DNA from: an uncultured Anaerolineaceae bacterium | Lineage (GTDB): Bacteria; Chloroflexota; Dehalococcoidia; Tepidiformales; Tepidiformaceae | Direction: 5' to 3' | Assembly (NCBI GenBank): GCA_964470735.1 | Contig: CAYYDX010000003.1 | Coordinates: 9,319-73,318, forward strand | Length of the DNA stretch: 64,000 bases | In this document: one piece after another, positions 46,061 to 55,627 of the stretch | Position numbering within the stretch: position 1 is the first letter of the stretch | How the letters are laid out: every line of letters begins with the position of its first letter | Notes under the pieces: generated by a model | What the model was told of the DNA's origin: nothing | The model's input: the letters and a program-made list of their open reading frames with translations, nothing else | Databases searched by the model: none | Program-made: the position numbers and the translations under genes

Positions 46061-47280
46061 GCGAACACCTGCTTTGCGTGCTCAATAGCCTCGACCAGCG
46101 CGTCGATTTCCCCCGGTTCGTTGTAAATCGCGAAGCTGGCACGGCTGGTCGCTGGCACGCCGAGGTGGCGCATCAGCAACTGCGCGCAGTGGTGTCCGGC
46201 GCGAATCGCTACGCCGTGCGAGTCCGCGATCGTCGCCATGTCGTGCGGATGGACGCCGTCAATTTCGAAGCTGACCACGCCGCCTCGCTCCTGTGGGTCG
46301 CGTGGGCCGTGGATGTGAAGACCCGGAATTGCTTCGAGGCGGTCCATCGCCAACGTTGTGATGTCGACTTCGTGCTGGCGAACCAGCGGCATCGTGAGCG
46401 CTTCCAGGTAGTCGATAGCGGCGCCGAACGCGATCACGTCGGCGATGTTCGGCGTCCCCGCTTCGAACTTGTGGGGCACGTCGGCCCAGGTCGAGCCTTC
46501 TTCGCGCACCGTCGCGATCATGTCGCCACCACCGAGGAACGGCAGCATCCCCTCGAGCAGGCCCTCGCGCGCCCACAGCACCCCGACGCCGGTCGGCCCG
46601 AGCATCTTATGCGACGAGAACGCGACGAAGTCCGCGCCCGTCGCTGCTACATCGAACGGCAGGTGTGGCACGCTCTGCGCCCCGTCGAGCAGGAACAGTG
46701 CGCCGGCCGCATGCGCCAAATCGGCAATCTCCCCGACCGGGTTAATCGTGCCCAGGACATTCGACATATGGACGAAGCTGACGAGCTTCGTCTTCGGCCC
46801 GATTGCCCCGCGGAGCGAGTCCATGTCGAGCCGGCCATCCGCCGTCAACCCCGCGAACCGCAGACGAGCGCCTTTGCGCTGCGCCAGCAACTGCCAGGGC
46901 ACGATGTTCGAGTGGTGCTCCATGATGCTGATGACGATTTCGTCGCCTTCAGCGATGATCTGGTCACCCCACGCGTGCGCCACGAGATTGATCGCTTCGG
47001 TCGCATTGCGCGTGAACACGATGTCCGCCGGGTTCGATGCGCCGATGAACCGTGCCACCTTCTTCCGCGTGCCTTCGTACTCTTCGGTGGCGCGCTGGGC
47101 GAGCGTGTGAATCCCGCGATGGATATTCGCGTTGTTCGTCTTGTAGTAGCGAACCAGCGCATCGATGACCTGGCGGGGCTTCTGCGTGGTCGCCGCGTTA
47201 TCCAGGTATACGAGCGGATGCCCGTTCACCTCTTGCTGAAGGATCGGGAAGTCGGTTCGAATCCGAGCTACGTCGAGCAT
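46057..47280 (-). CDS. sufS: Cysteine desulfurase SufS
   Basis: The start is ATG 47280 with an AAGGGGG RBS. Motifs: IRTDFPIL, YLDNAATTQKP, SSHKMLGPTG (PLP lysine), RAGHHCA. Confidence 0.95.
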   Translation of the reverse strand: MLDVARIRTDFPILQQEVNGHPLVYLDNAATTQKPRQVIDALVRYYKTNNANIHRGIHTLAQRATEEYEGTRKKVARFIGASNPADIVFTRNATEAINLVAHAWGDQIIAEGDEIVISIMEHHSNIVPWQLLAQRKGARLRFAGLTADGRLDMDSLRGAIGPKTKLVSFVHMSNVLGTINPVGEIADLAHAAGALFLLDGAQSVPHLPFDVAATGADFVAFSSHKMLGPTGVGVLWAREGLLEGMLPFLGGGDMIATVREEGSTWADVPHKFEAGTPNIADVIAFGAAIDYLEALTMPLVRQHEVDITTLAMDRLEAIPGLHIHGPRDPQERGGVVSFEIDGVHPHDMATIADSHGVAIRAGHHCAQLLMRHLGVPATSRASFAIYNEPGEIDALVEAIEHAKQVFA

Positions 47281-47350
47281 CAGTGGGCCCCCTTTGGGCC
47301 AAGAATCCGGCCCACTGCCCATGACGGACAGTGAGTTTTGTCAAAGACGT

Positions 47351-47656
47351 TCAGACGTCGACCTCAACTTGGCCGTCGTGAACGCGAGTTGGGTACGAGC
47401 GAATCGGCCGCACCGCCGGGAGCGCCAGCACCTTTCCCGTGCGCACATCGAACCGCGCGCCGTGCCGGGGGCACTCGATGGCGAATCCGTCCAGCTTGCC
47501 CTGTCCGAGTGGCCCGCCGTCGTGCGTGCAGAGGTCATCGATCGCGTGGAATCCCTCGCCCGTGTTGCAGAGCGCGATTCGCCGCCCATGCGCCAGGACA
47601 ACGCACGCGTTCCCCGGCGCAAGCTCCGAACTGTGGGCCACTCGTACCCAGGTCAT
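47351..47656 (-). CDS. Rieske [2Fe-2S] domain protein (ferredoxin subunit type)
   Basis: CTHDGGPL and CPRHGARF motifs. 101 aa. The start overlaps the sufD stop by 4 nt. Confidence 0.88.
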   Translation of the reverse strand: MTWVRVAHSSELAPGNACVVLAHGRRIALCNTGEGFHAIDDLCTHDGGPLGQGKLDGFAIECPRHGARFDVRTGKVLALPAVRPIRSYPTRVHDGQVEVDV

Positions 47657-48831
47657 GCTTCCAGCTTCTCCTCGAGCGTCGCGATGAGTTCAGTGCGCAC
47701 GTCCTCCTCGGGGATGCGCGCCAGTACATCCTCGAGGAAGGCGGTGACGAGCAGCGCCTGCGCCTCGGGCCGCGGAATGCCGCGCGCCTGGAGGTAGAAC
47801 AACTGCTCCTGGTCGACTGGTCCCGCGGTCGCTCCGTGGGATGCCCGGATGATGTCGCTCGTCAGGATCTCGAGCACCGGGTCGCTATCCGCCCGTGCCG
47901 ATTTGCTCAGCAGGAGGTTGCGGTTCTCCTGGTTCGCGTCGGCATTGTGCGCCCCGAGGCCCACCCGAGTGAGCCCGTAGTACACCGCCCGCGACTGGTC
48001 TTTCAGTGCCGTCTTGTACTTCAGGTCGCTCCGGGTCGAAGGCCCGACATGATCCTGCAGGGTGAAGAAGTCGGAGTACGTCGCACCCGTGCCGTAGGTA
48101 ACCCCGAGCAGTTCGCTCGAAGTCCCTCGCTCCTGCATCGTCGCCTCCAGGTGCCCCTTCACCACCGCGCCACTGAGCACCATCTGCAGGCTCCGGAACG
48201 CGCCGTCACGTGCCGCCCCAAGGAACCGCTGGTTCAGGAACACACGCGTGTTCGGCCCCCAGCGGTGCACGACATAGTGGTGCACCTCGGACCCCGGTCC
48301 GGGAAGAATCTCCGCCGCCGGGAGCACGACGACGTCTTCGTCGCCCGAAGTGAACTCCTCGATGACCGTCACATGTGTGTTCGCACCCGTCACGATCGAG
48401 GTGTGGGGCGCCACGAAGCCTGCTCCACTGATGGTCCAGCTTAACCGCACCGGTTCGGTGAGCTCCGTGTTGGCCGGGACGTTCACGACCGCCGTTTCGC
48501 CGAGGTACGCGTAGTGCAGCGCTGTCACCCGGTCGGTGTCCGGCCGCACCACCGCGCCGAGGCTCTCCGGCAGGTTCGCCGCCGCCAGCTTGCTGGCAAC
48601 GCTCGCCCCCGCGAACAGCACGCTCGCGGTCGCAAGCGGAGTGTCCGGCGTGATCGCGATGGTTGCCGCGTCGTAATACTTCCACGGCCGCTGCTCGTGC
48701 GAATCCGGCCATTCGAACTGGCCCGCGAACGCCGCTGCCTTCGCCCGCAGGTCGGCCAGGCGCGGCGGGTCACCGGCGCCGGCGGCCTGGCTTGTTGCAC
48801 TGAAATCCAATCGCTCTGCTACCAGAGTCAT
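47653..48831 (-). CDS. sufD: Fe-S cluster assembly protein SufD
   Basis: 392 aa. The SufD pattern includes the C-terminal ASHGATAGPVDQEQLFYLQARGI. Confidence 0.9.
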   Translation of the reverse strand: MTLVAERLDFSATSQAAGAGDPPRLADLRAKAAAFAGQFEWPDSHEQRPWKYYDAATIAITPDTPLATASVLFAGASVASKLAAANLPESLGAVVRPDTDRVTALHYAYLGETAVVNVPANTELTEPVRLSWTISGAGFVAPHTSIVTGANTHVTVIEEFTSGDEDVVVLPAAEILPGPGSEVHHYVVHRWGPNTRVFLNQRFLGAARDGAFRSLQMVLSGAVVKGHLEATMQERGTSSELLGVTYGTGATYSDFFTLQDHVGPSTRSDLKYKTALKDQSRAVYYGLTRVGLGAHNADANQENRNLLLSKSARADSDPVLEILTSDIIRASHGATAGPVDQEQLFYLQARGIPRPEAQALLVTAFLEDVLARIPEEDVRTELIATLEEKLEA

Positions 48832-48884
48832 CGTTCACCTCTCATTGCGGCTCGTTACCTCGATTGCAGACCACGCTTCCCGGC

Positions 48885-50306
48885 TTAGCCGACCGCGCCG
48901 TCCATCTGCAGCTCGACGAGCCGGTTCAGTTCGACCGCGTACTCCATCGGAAGCTCTTTCACGATGGGCTCGACGAACCCGTTGACGATCATCTTGGCGG
49001 CCGCTTCTTCGCTCATGCCGCGGCTCATCAGGTAGAAGAGCTGGTCCTCGCCGAGCTTCGAGACGTACGCCTCGTGCTGGATGCTCACGTCCGGTGAATC
49101 GATCTCCATCGTCGGATACGTGTCCGAGCGGGACGTCTCGTCCAGGAGCAGCGCGTCACAGCGGACGTTCGACTTCACGTTCTCGCAGCCGTCGTACACC
49201 TTGAGCAACCCGCGATACGTCGACCGACCGCCATCCTTGCTGAGCGACTTCGAGATGATGGTCGACGTCGTGTTCGACGCGACGTGGACCACCTTGCCGC
49301 CTGCGTCCTGGTGCTGCCCCGCGCCGGCGAACGCCAGCGAGAGAATCTCGGCGTGGGCGCCCGGCTCCATCAGGTACACGCTCGGAAACTTCGTGGTCAG
49401 CTTCGAACCAAGGTTCCCGTCGACCCACTCCATCACCGCGTTCTCATAAGCGACGGCCCGCTTCGTCACCAGGTTGAACACGTTGTTCGACCAGTTTTGG
49501 ATCGTCGTGTAGCGAACCCGCGCGCCCTTCTTCACGATGATTTCGACGACGGCGCTGTGCAGCGAGTCGCTCGAGTAGATCGGCGCGGTGCAGCCTTCGA
49601 CGTAGTGAACCTGGCTGCCCTCGTCGGCAATGATCAGCGTCCGCTCAAACTGGCCCATGTTCTGGGTGTTGATGCGGAAGTAGGCCTGCAGCGGGATCTC
49701 CACCTTCACGCCCTTCGGCACGTAGATGTACGAACCGCCGCTCCAGACCGCGCTATTGAGCGCCGCGTAGCGGTTGTCGCCCGGCGGCACAACCGTCCCG
49801 AAGTGCTCCTTGAAGATGTCCTCGTGCTCCTTCAACGCCTGGTCGGTGCCGAGGAAGATGACGCCCTGCTTCGCAAGGTCCTCGCGGATGTTGTGATAAA
49901 CGACTTCCGAGTCGTACTGCGCGCCGACACCGGCGAGGTACTTCTTCTCCGCCTCCGGGATGCCCAGCTTGTCGAACGTGTCGCGGATGTACTCCGGAAC
50001 GTCGTCCCACGATGTCTCGTCCCGGTCGGTCGCGCGCACGAAGTAGTGGATGTCGTCGAAGTTGACTTCGTCCATGATCGGGCTCGCCCACGCGGGGTTT
50101 TTCTCGAAGGTCCAGAACTTCTCGAGCGAGCGCAGGCGGAAGTCGCGCATCCACTGCGGCTCGTCCTTCATGTCCGAAATCATCCGGACGATGTCGGCGT
50201 TCAGGCCCTTGTTCGCCTTGAAGAGCGCCTCTTCCTTGTCGAAGAAGCCGAACTTGTACTCCGAGACGATGTGTTCAGGGGCGATGGATTCAGGAGCGGT
50301 GGTCAT
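48885..50306 (-). CDS. sufB: Fe-S cluster assembly protein SufB
   Basis: 473 aa: EYKFGF, ...HYVEGCTAP..., [20 protein letters not shown]. Confidence 0.96.
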   Translation of the reverse strand: MTTAPESIAPEHIVSEYKFGFFDKEEALFKANKGLNADIVRMISDMKDEPQWMRDFRLRSLEKFWTFEKNPAWASPIMDEVNFDDIHYFVRATDRDETSWDDVPEYIRDTFDKLGIPEAEKKYLAGVGAQYDSEVVYHNIREDLAKQGVIFLGTDQALKEHEDIFKEHFGTVVPPGDNRYAALNSAVWSGGSYIYVPKGVKVEIPLQAYFRINTQNMGQFERTLIIADEGSQVHYVEGCTAPIYSSDSLHSAVVEIIVKKGARVRYTTIQNWSNNVFNLVTKRAVAYENAVMEWVDGNLGSKLTTKFPSVYLMEPGAHAEILSLAFAGAGQHQDAGGKVVHVASNTTSTIISKSLSKDGGRSTYRGLLKVYDGCENVKSNVRCDALLLDETSRSDTYPTMEIDSPDVSIQHEAYVSKLGEDQLFYLMSRGMSEEAAAKMIVNGFVEPIVKELPMEYAVELNRLVELQMDGAVG

Positions 50307-50308
50307 GG

Positions 50309-51064
50309 CTACCTCCCGGCCGCGGCGAGTGCTTCGTATTCGTCGTAACCGGTGGCTTCGAGTTGCTCGGCCAGTTCCGGCCCACCCGAGGTCACGATCC
50401 GGCCCTCGACGAGGACGTGGACGAACTGTGGCTTGATGTAGTTCAACAGGCGCTGGTAGTGCGTGATCAGCAGCAGGCCCATTTCCGGGTTCATCAGCGC
50501 GTTCACGCCTTCCGCCACCGTGCGCAACGCATCGATGTCGAGGCCGGAGTCGGTCTCGTCGAGCACCGCCATCGATGGTTCGAGCATCGCCATCTGGAGC
50601 ATCTCGGCGCGCTTCTTCTCACCACCGCTGAAGCCGTCATTGACGTACCGCCGCGCGAAGTCCTGGTCGACCTTCAGCAGGTCCATCTTCTTGAAGAGCG
50701 ACTCGCGGAACTCGCGAATCGGCACTTCGCCGCCGCGCCGTGCGTTCACAGCCTGGCGCATGAAGTTCACCAGCGTCACGCCCGGGATGGCGACGGGATA
50801 CTGGAAGGCGAGGAAGAGGCCGAGCCGTGCCCGCTCGTCTGCTGCCATCGAGAGCAACGACTGCCCGTTGAACAGGACGTCGCCCCCGGTGACCGTGTAG
50901 CTCGGGCTGCCCATGAGGACGTTGGCGAGCGTGCTCTTGCCGGACCCGTTCGGCCCCATGATGGCGTGCACCTGGCCGCGATCCACCGTCAGCGAGAGGC
51001 CCTTCAGGATCTCTTTTTCGCCGATCGAGGCGTGGAGGTCGCGAATTTCGAGAAGTTTGGGCAT
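50309..51064 (-). CDS. sufC: Fe-S cluster assembly ATPase SufC
   Basis: The start is trimmed to ATG 51064 with an AAGGAGAG RBS. Walker [10 protein letters not shown], signature FSGGEKKR, Walker [12 protein letters not shown]. Confidence 0.96.
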   Translation of the reverse strand: MPKLLEIRDLHASIGEKEILKGLSLTVDRGQVHAIMGPNGSGKSTLANVLMGSPSYTVTGGDVLFNGQSLLSMAADERARLGLFLAFQYPVAIPGVTLVNFMRQAVNARRGGEVPIREFRESLFKKMDLLKVDQDFARRYVNDGFSGGEKKRAEMLQMAMLEPSMAVLDETDSGLDIDALRTVAEGVNALMNPEMGLLLITHYQRLLNYIKPQFVHVLVEGRIVTSGGPELAEQLEATGYDEYEALAAAGR

Positions 51065-51078
51065 GTGAAGGGCTCTCC

Positions 51079-51711
51079 TTACTGGACTTCGATGACTTGT
51101 GGGCCGGTGGGGACGCGCACGAGGTACTCGCAGCACGCCGCTCCGTCGACGATGCGGTTCAACTGTTCGACGTCGCGGCCGAGCAGCAGTTCGATGGCCT
51201 TGCGATCCGCCTCGCAAGGGAGTTTCGAGATTTCGGCCGCCCGGTGGTACGGGCAGCGGCCATTGACCAGGTGGATCCCGTCGGCTTCCGCGCGCCAGTT
51301 CTCCAGGATGCCCTCGCTCCGCAGACTCTCCGTCACTTGCGCGGCAAGCTCTTCGGCCGAGAGGCCGGCGACCTTGTGCATGTGCTTTTCCGCGAGCGAT
51401 TCGGCGACACTCGTCATCACCGAGGCGATGACGTCGTCGCGCTCGCCGAGGCTGCGCAGCATCCGCTCGAGCAGGTCGGCGTACGCTGGTGGCACACCCT
51501 GCGTGGCCTTTTCTGTCGCGAAGTAGGAGTGGAACGGGCGGCCCGTCGCCTGCCTTACAGGACGCGCGTCGACCAGCCCATCGGCGCGCAGGTTGTCGAG
51601 GTGACGCCGCACCGCCGCGGGCGTAATACCCAGTTCTTCGGATAGCTCCTCAACGCGCACCTCATGGTTCTGGATGAGGTACTCAAGGATGCGGTCTTTT
51701 GTCCCCTGCAC
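51079..51711 (-). CDS. sufR: SufR-like winged-helix transcriptional regulator with C-terminal Cys cluster
   Basis: N-terminal ArsR/DeoR-like HTH ([35 protein letters not shown]). C-terminal cysteines in RCPYH...LPCE...AACCEY. It is the first gene of the suf operon. GTG start. Confidence 0.75.
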   Translation of the reverse strand: MQGTKDRILEYLIQNHEVRVEELSEELGITPAAVRRHLDNLRADGLVDARPVRQATGRPFHSYFATEKATQGVPPAYADLLERMLRSLGERDDVIASVMTSVAESLAEKHMHKVAGLSAEELAAQVTESLRSEGILENWRAEADGIHLVNGRCPYHRAAEISKLPCEADRKAIELLLGRDVEQLNRIVDGAACCEYLVRVPTGPQVIEVQ

Positions 51712-51737
51712 ACCGCCAGTCTACGCCTCTTTGCCAC

Positions 51738-51763
51738 CTTTTACTACTTTCATGTTGTAAAAG
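51738..51763. promoter_or_regulatory. AT-rich inverted repeat upstream of sufR (candidate operator/promoter)
   Basis: CTTTTAC-N12-GTAAAAG lies 27-52 nt upstream of the sufR start, in the most AT-rich stretch of this intergenic region. Confidence 0.4.
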
Positions 51764-51808
51764 TCCCTATGCAAGGAATCGACGCGACCCGTGGTTTTCA
51801 GGAGTCGA

Positions 51809-52741
51809 TTAGCCCGGCTTCGGCTCCCCCGCCGGCAGTGGGGCGAACTCCGGCGCTGCGTCGTTCTCGACCGCGTCCTGCCGCCTGATGGCCCTGCCGA
51901 ATTCCGCGCCGAGCAGCAGGATCGAGGCGTTAACGAACATCCACACCAGGAACGCCAGCGCCGTGCCGAAACCCGCGTAGATCGCCGTGTCGCGGGAGAA
52001 GCTTGCGTAACTGACGACGGTGGCAATCAGGTTTTTCGCCGCCTCGAACAGGACTGTCGCGAACACGGCTCCACCGAGCGCCTCCTGCCACGGCGGCCGG
52101 ATGGTGGGCACGTACTTGTACAGCAGGAGGAACATCGAGAACGACACCATCGCTGGCAGGATGTACCCCGCGATCCGGAGCGCTTCCTTCGTGTTGATGT
52201 TGAGCGGGCCGATCTCATCGACCCGTTCGAGAAACAGCCGTGCCGCCGCCGTGAGACCCACCGAGATGACGATGAGCAGTCCCAGCGTCGGCACCAGGGC
52301 GAAGTCGATAAGCTTCCCGTGCCAGTAGGATCGCCCTTTGCGCAGGTGCGTCGCCGCGTTCAGCCCTTTGCGCACCGCGCCGAAGATCCCGCTCGATGAC
52401 CAGAGCAGGAAGATGACGCCGAATCCGATACTCGCCGGGCTGATTGCCCGCGCCCGTTCGATAATCTCGTTGACGTTGTCGCGTACCCCGGGCGTCTCTT
52501 TCAGGGGTATCTGGTCGAACACCCACTGCGCGATCCGATCCTGGTCGATGACCAGCCCGAAGATCGACAGGGTGATGAGGCTGAGCGGGACGATGGAAAA
52601 CAGCGCGTAGTAAGCGATTGCCGCGGCGTACGTGGAGCATCCGTCCTCCACGTAGAGCCGGATGGTGGTCACGATGATCGAGAACGGCCGCCGGATGAAG
52701 TACGGCAGCGCATCACGGACCCGCGCCAACGCACCCGGCAT
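51809..52741 (-). CDS. YihY/BrkB family membrane protein
   Basis: YAAAIAYYALFSIVPL and multiple TM segments. The start overlaps the treT stop by 1 nt (TGATG). Confidence 0.85.
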   Translation of the reverse strand: MPGALARVRDALPYFIRRPFSIIVTTIRLYVEDGCSTYAAAIAYYALFSIVPLSLITLSIFGLVIDQDRIAQWVFDQIPLKETPGVRDNVNEIIERARAISPASIGFGVIFLLWSSSGIFGAVRKGLNAATHLRKGRSYWHGKLIDFALVPTLGLLIVISVGLTAAARLFLERVDEIGPLNINTKEALRIAGYILPAMVSFSMFLLLYKYVPTIRPPWQEALGGAVFATVLFEAAKNLIATVVSYASFSRDTAIYAGFGTALAFLVWMFVNASILLLGAEFGRAIRRQDAVENDAAPEFAPLPAGEPKPG

Positions 52742-54015
52742 CAGTCACTCTCCGTCGGCCGAAGGCCCGCCAGCGTCCGGAACATGCGCACATAGTCGTG
52801 TAGGTACCGGGTGAGAAGAAAGCGTTCGCGCACAAGCTCGCGCCCGGCCGCCCCCATCCGGTCGCCGAGCTCCGGGTCCGCCAGTAACTCCTTGAGCCTC
52901 CTGCCACACTCCTCCGCGCTGTCGACCAGGTAGCCCGTCTCGCCATCGACCACCTGCAGCGGGATACCGCCGCAGTTACCGCCGATCACCGGGCGCCCCT
53001 TCCACAGCCCCTCGGAGACCACCAGCCCGAAACCCTCGCGGGTGGACTTCTGGATCACCACCTTCGCAGCCGCCTGGAATGCGTTGACCTCGTGATTGCC
53101 GACACCATCGAGGTTCGTCAGCACGTGGATGTCGCGGTCGTGGTCGCGATGGTCGAACACCTTCTGCAGCCACTCGTGGCCCTCCGGGTCGTCGTGTGCC
53201 AGTGAACCGACCAGCACCAGTTGCAGACCGGGGTGCTCTTCGCGCGCCATCCGGAACGCGTCGATCACACCGAGCGGGTCCTTCCACGGGTCGAACCGTG
53301 AAACCTGGCAGACCATCGGCCGCGCGAGGTCGATCACGTACCGGTCGAACACCTGGGCGATAGCGTCCTCCTCTATCGGCACGTTTTTCGGGCTCAGCGG
53401 GTCGATCGCCGGCGGCGCGATGAAGAGGTTCGCCCCTGGCATGCCGCCTCGCACGTACTCCCGCATCGTCCAGATGCTGCCGTCGTACTGGCTCGCCCAC
53501 GGTCGCAGGAGGTCCCATGCCTCGGGCTGTGCATCCGTCAGGTCGATGTGGCAGCGCCAGAGCCACTTCCCCGCCGGCGTTCGCCCCGATTCGCGAACGA
53601 GTCCGAGGATCGGCGCAGGTTGTGGGTCGTGGATGACGACGAAGTCGTAGTCCTCCCAGCCCTCGGCGTTCTCCCGATTCGTCTCGACCCACAGCGTTCG
53701 CTCCGCCTCCGTCCAGTCGTGCGCCTTGCCCTGCAGTGCGTTGTGCATCGCCTTCGTTACGCCGAAGAACTCGTCCGTCGCCGAAATGACCTTCCAGTCG
53801 GCAGCGAGGCCCAGGTCGCGCATCAGTGGAACCATCGACGCGAGAATCTCTGCGACGCCGCCGCCGTACGATGTCGCGTTCACGTGCAGCACCCGCGCCC
53901 CCGCCAGTGGCCGCGCGTCGCGCCGGATCGACTCGATCACACCCGGCAGGACGGCTTCGCGGTATGACTCAAGGGACCTCGTTGCGATATCTACGGCAGT
54001 AAGCATGGATGTCAT
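52741..54015 (-). CDS. treT: Trehalose glycosyltransferring synthase TreT-like (GT4)
   Basis: The sequence shares a string of blocks with my recollection of archaeal TreT: VNATSYGGGVAEIL, FHNALQG, WLWRCHIDL, DPLSPKN, QVSRFDPWKD, AHDDPEG, VLTNL, EVNAFQ, REGFGL, WKGRPVIG, VVDGETGYLV. The start is ATG 54015 (or 54006). Confidence 0.88.
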   Translation of the reverse strand: MTSMLTAVDIATRSLESYREAVLPGVIESIRRDARPLAGARVLHVNATSYGGGVAEILASMVPLMRDLGLAADWKVISATDEFFGVTKAMHNALQGKAHDWTEAERTLWVETNRENAEGWEDYDFVVIHDPQPAPILGLVRESGRTPAGKWLWRCHIDLTDAQPEAWDLLRPWASQYDGSIWTMREYVRGGMPGANLFIAPPAIDPLSPKNVPIEEDAIAQVFDRYVIDLARPMVCQVSRFDPWKDPLGVIDAFRMAREEHPGLQLVLVGSLAHDDPEGHEWLQKVFDHRDHDRDIHVLTNLDGVGNHEVNAFQAAAKVVIQKSTREGFGLVVSEGLWKGRPVIGGNCGGIPLQVVDGETGYLVDSAEECGRRLKELLADPELGDRMGAAGRELVRERFLLTRYLHDYVRMFRTLAGLRPTESD

Positions 54016-54061
54016 GCTAGTCCGAACGTTCGCAGTACACCCGGCGGTCGTTCCCCCACCG

Positions 54062-55171
54062 TCAATCTGTCGCACTTTCGAGAGATGCAAGCCGCTCGAT
54101 GAAATGGTCCCACGACGGTACCACCGAGGGCCAGGCGTAACGCTGGGCTGCGGCGACGAACGGCGCTGGAGGCGGTAGAGGCCCTGTCAGCAGCGCTTCG
54201 AGCCGCACGATGAGCCCTGCCTCGTCGTCCCAGAGCAGGTCGTCGTGATACTCGGGCGGAACGAGCGAGGGGTAGTTGTACCGCCTTGGCGCCAGCGGCA
54301 CGCAGCCAGCAGCCATCGCCTCGATCATCCCGATGCCGAAGAACTCGTGCCGCGTCGTGCTCACCGCGATATCCGCCCGCCGGAGCAGCCTCCCATACTC
54401 CTCGCGCGACTCCGCGTACCCGAAATGCAGCATCTCGCCGGGGAACTCCCGTGGGAGCTCGCGGATCGCCTCGCTCGGATTATCGCCCGGCTCTCCGGCG
54501 ATGATGAGCCGGAAGGGCCAGCCGCACGACTTCGCGTGGCGCAACGCCCGGACGAACAGCTCCGGCGCTTTGTCGAACTCCCAGCGGTGGTTCCAGAGCA
54601 GTACCCGCGGTCCCTCCAGTCTCGATCCGGCCGCAATCCGATCGAGCCACGCCAGGTCGACACCCACGGGAAGCACGGTCGAGCGCGTATCGACTCGCGT
54701 AATCCCCTCCGGAAGCAGCCAGTTGTTCGGTTGCGCCTCCAGGTGGCGAAGCGCCCCCAGGAAGTCCCGCCGGTGGAACTCGGAGTTGAACGCGACCCTG
54801 TCGGCCGCCAGCGCGCTCAGGTAGTTGATCTGCCCGAACCACGAGTTGAACTTCGTCCCCTTGAGCCGCGGGTAAGTCATCTGGTTCTCGTGGAAGTACA
54901 CCGCGACCGGGGTCCGGTCGAACCGCGGCCGGCTCAGCGCGAGGAAGGCCGGCACATCGAGCATTCCGCTCGCGATCACACAGTCAAAATCGCCGCCGCG
55001 CTGCCGTGCCACGGGCGCGAGTTCCTGTGCGCCGCGCCGCATCCGCCGCCGCCACTCGCCCTCCGGCAAGGTCAGCAGTTCGAACTCGTGCCGCGAGTGC
55101 ATCACCAGCCCATCGAGAAACGCCCGGTGGCTCCCGCCATAGAACGGTTCGACGAAAAGAACGCGCGCCAC
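54062..55171 (-). CDS. DUF3524 + GT1-domain glycosyltransferase (GTDC1-like)
   Basis: The N-terminus VLFVEPFYGGSHRAF, YFHENQMTYP and ADRVAFNSEFHRRDFL match the conserved blocks I recall for DUF3524/GTDC1. The C-terminal half is a GT1-type domain (EFFGIGMIEAMAAG). Confidence 0.85.
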   Translation of the reverse strand: MARVLFVEPFYGGSHRAFLDGLVMHSRHEFELLTLPEGEWRRRMRRGAQELAPVARQRGGDFDCVIASGMLDVPAFLALSRPRFDRTPVAVYFHENQMTYPRLKGTKFNSWFGQINYLSALAADRVAFNSEFHRRDFLGALRHLEAQPNNWLLPEGITRVDTRSTVLPVGVDLAWLDRIAAGSRLEGPRVLLWNHRWEFDKAPELFVRALRHAKSCGWPFRLIIAGEPGDNPSEAIRELPREFPGEMLHFGYAESREEYGRLLRRADIAVSTTRHEFFGIGMIEAMAAGCVPLAPRRYNYPSLVPPEYHDDLLWDDEAGLIVRLEALLTGPLPPPAPFVAAAQRYAWPSVVPSWDHFIERLASLESATD

Positions 55172-55204
55172 GCGCCAAATGCTACGGCCGCCGCGGCGAA
55201 TGGA

Positions 55205-55627
55205 TCAGAGGTGCCCGAGTTCCGCCAGCTTGAACAGCGCGTCTTCGAATTCCGTGTCGTCCGGGTTAATCGACTTGTACTGGCTCACGCAGTGGCCGCC
55301 GTACTTCTCCACCAGGTACCAGTCGTCGTCGATGATGAAGTCCGGGTACGGCTGGACGCGCGGGTCCTTGTCGAACATCCCGTCCACCCACTCCGTCAGT
55401 CCGTGCATGTGCACCACGCGCTCGACATGCGCCAGCCCGCTTGCCGACCACACATACACGCCGTGACCCGCGGCCTTCAGCTTGCGCATCGCATCGTGCG
55501 CGCCGGGCCGAAGCGCATTCGTGTGCTGGTCGATGAACACGAGCGTGTGATCGACATCGAAGAAGATGTTCAGCCGCGAACTCGTTGCTTTCTCCAAGCC
55601 GGACTCAGTCCTCTCGTGTCCTGTCAC
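55205..55627 (-). CDS. Small HAD-superfamily hydrolase
   Basis: Motif I FFDVDHT, motif II WSAS, acidic motif IIDDD. The start is set at GTG 55627 (GTGA overlap with the upstream stop). The ORF extends to 55669. Confidence 0.7.
   Translation of the reverse strand: MTGHERTESGLEKATSSRLNIFFDVDHTLVFIDQHTNALRPGAHDAMRKLKAAGHGVYVWSASGLAHVERVVHMHGLTEWVDGMFDKDPRVQPYPDFIIDDDWYLVEKYGGHCVSQYKSINPDDTEFEDALFKLAELGHL

Noticed and set aside
43292-46126. Long plus-strand ORFs (334, 505 N-terminal part, 497 aa) over the glcD, fur and sufT-sufU region
   Set aside because: These are antisense artefacts. Only the C-terminal 235 aa of the 505-aa ORF (the zinc-ribbon protein) look genuine.
47254-47264. GGTTCGAATCC, a tRNA T-loop-like motif
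   Set aside because: It lies inside the well-supported sufS N-terminal coding region (IRTDFPIL). The flanks cannot form an acceptor stem or D and anticodon arms.
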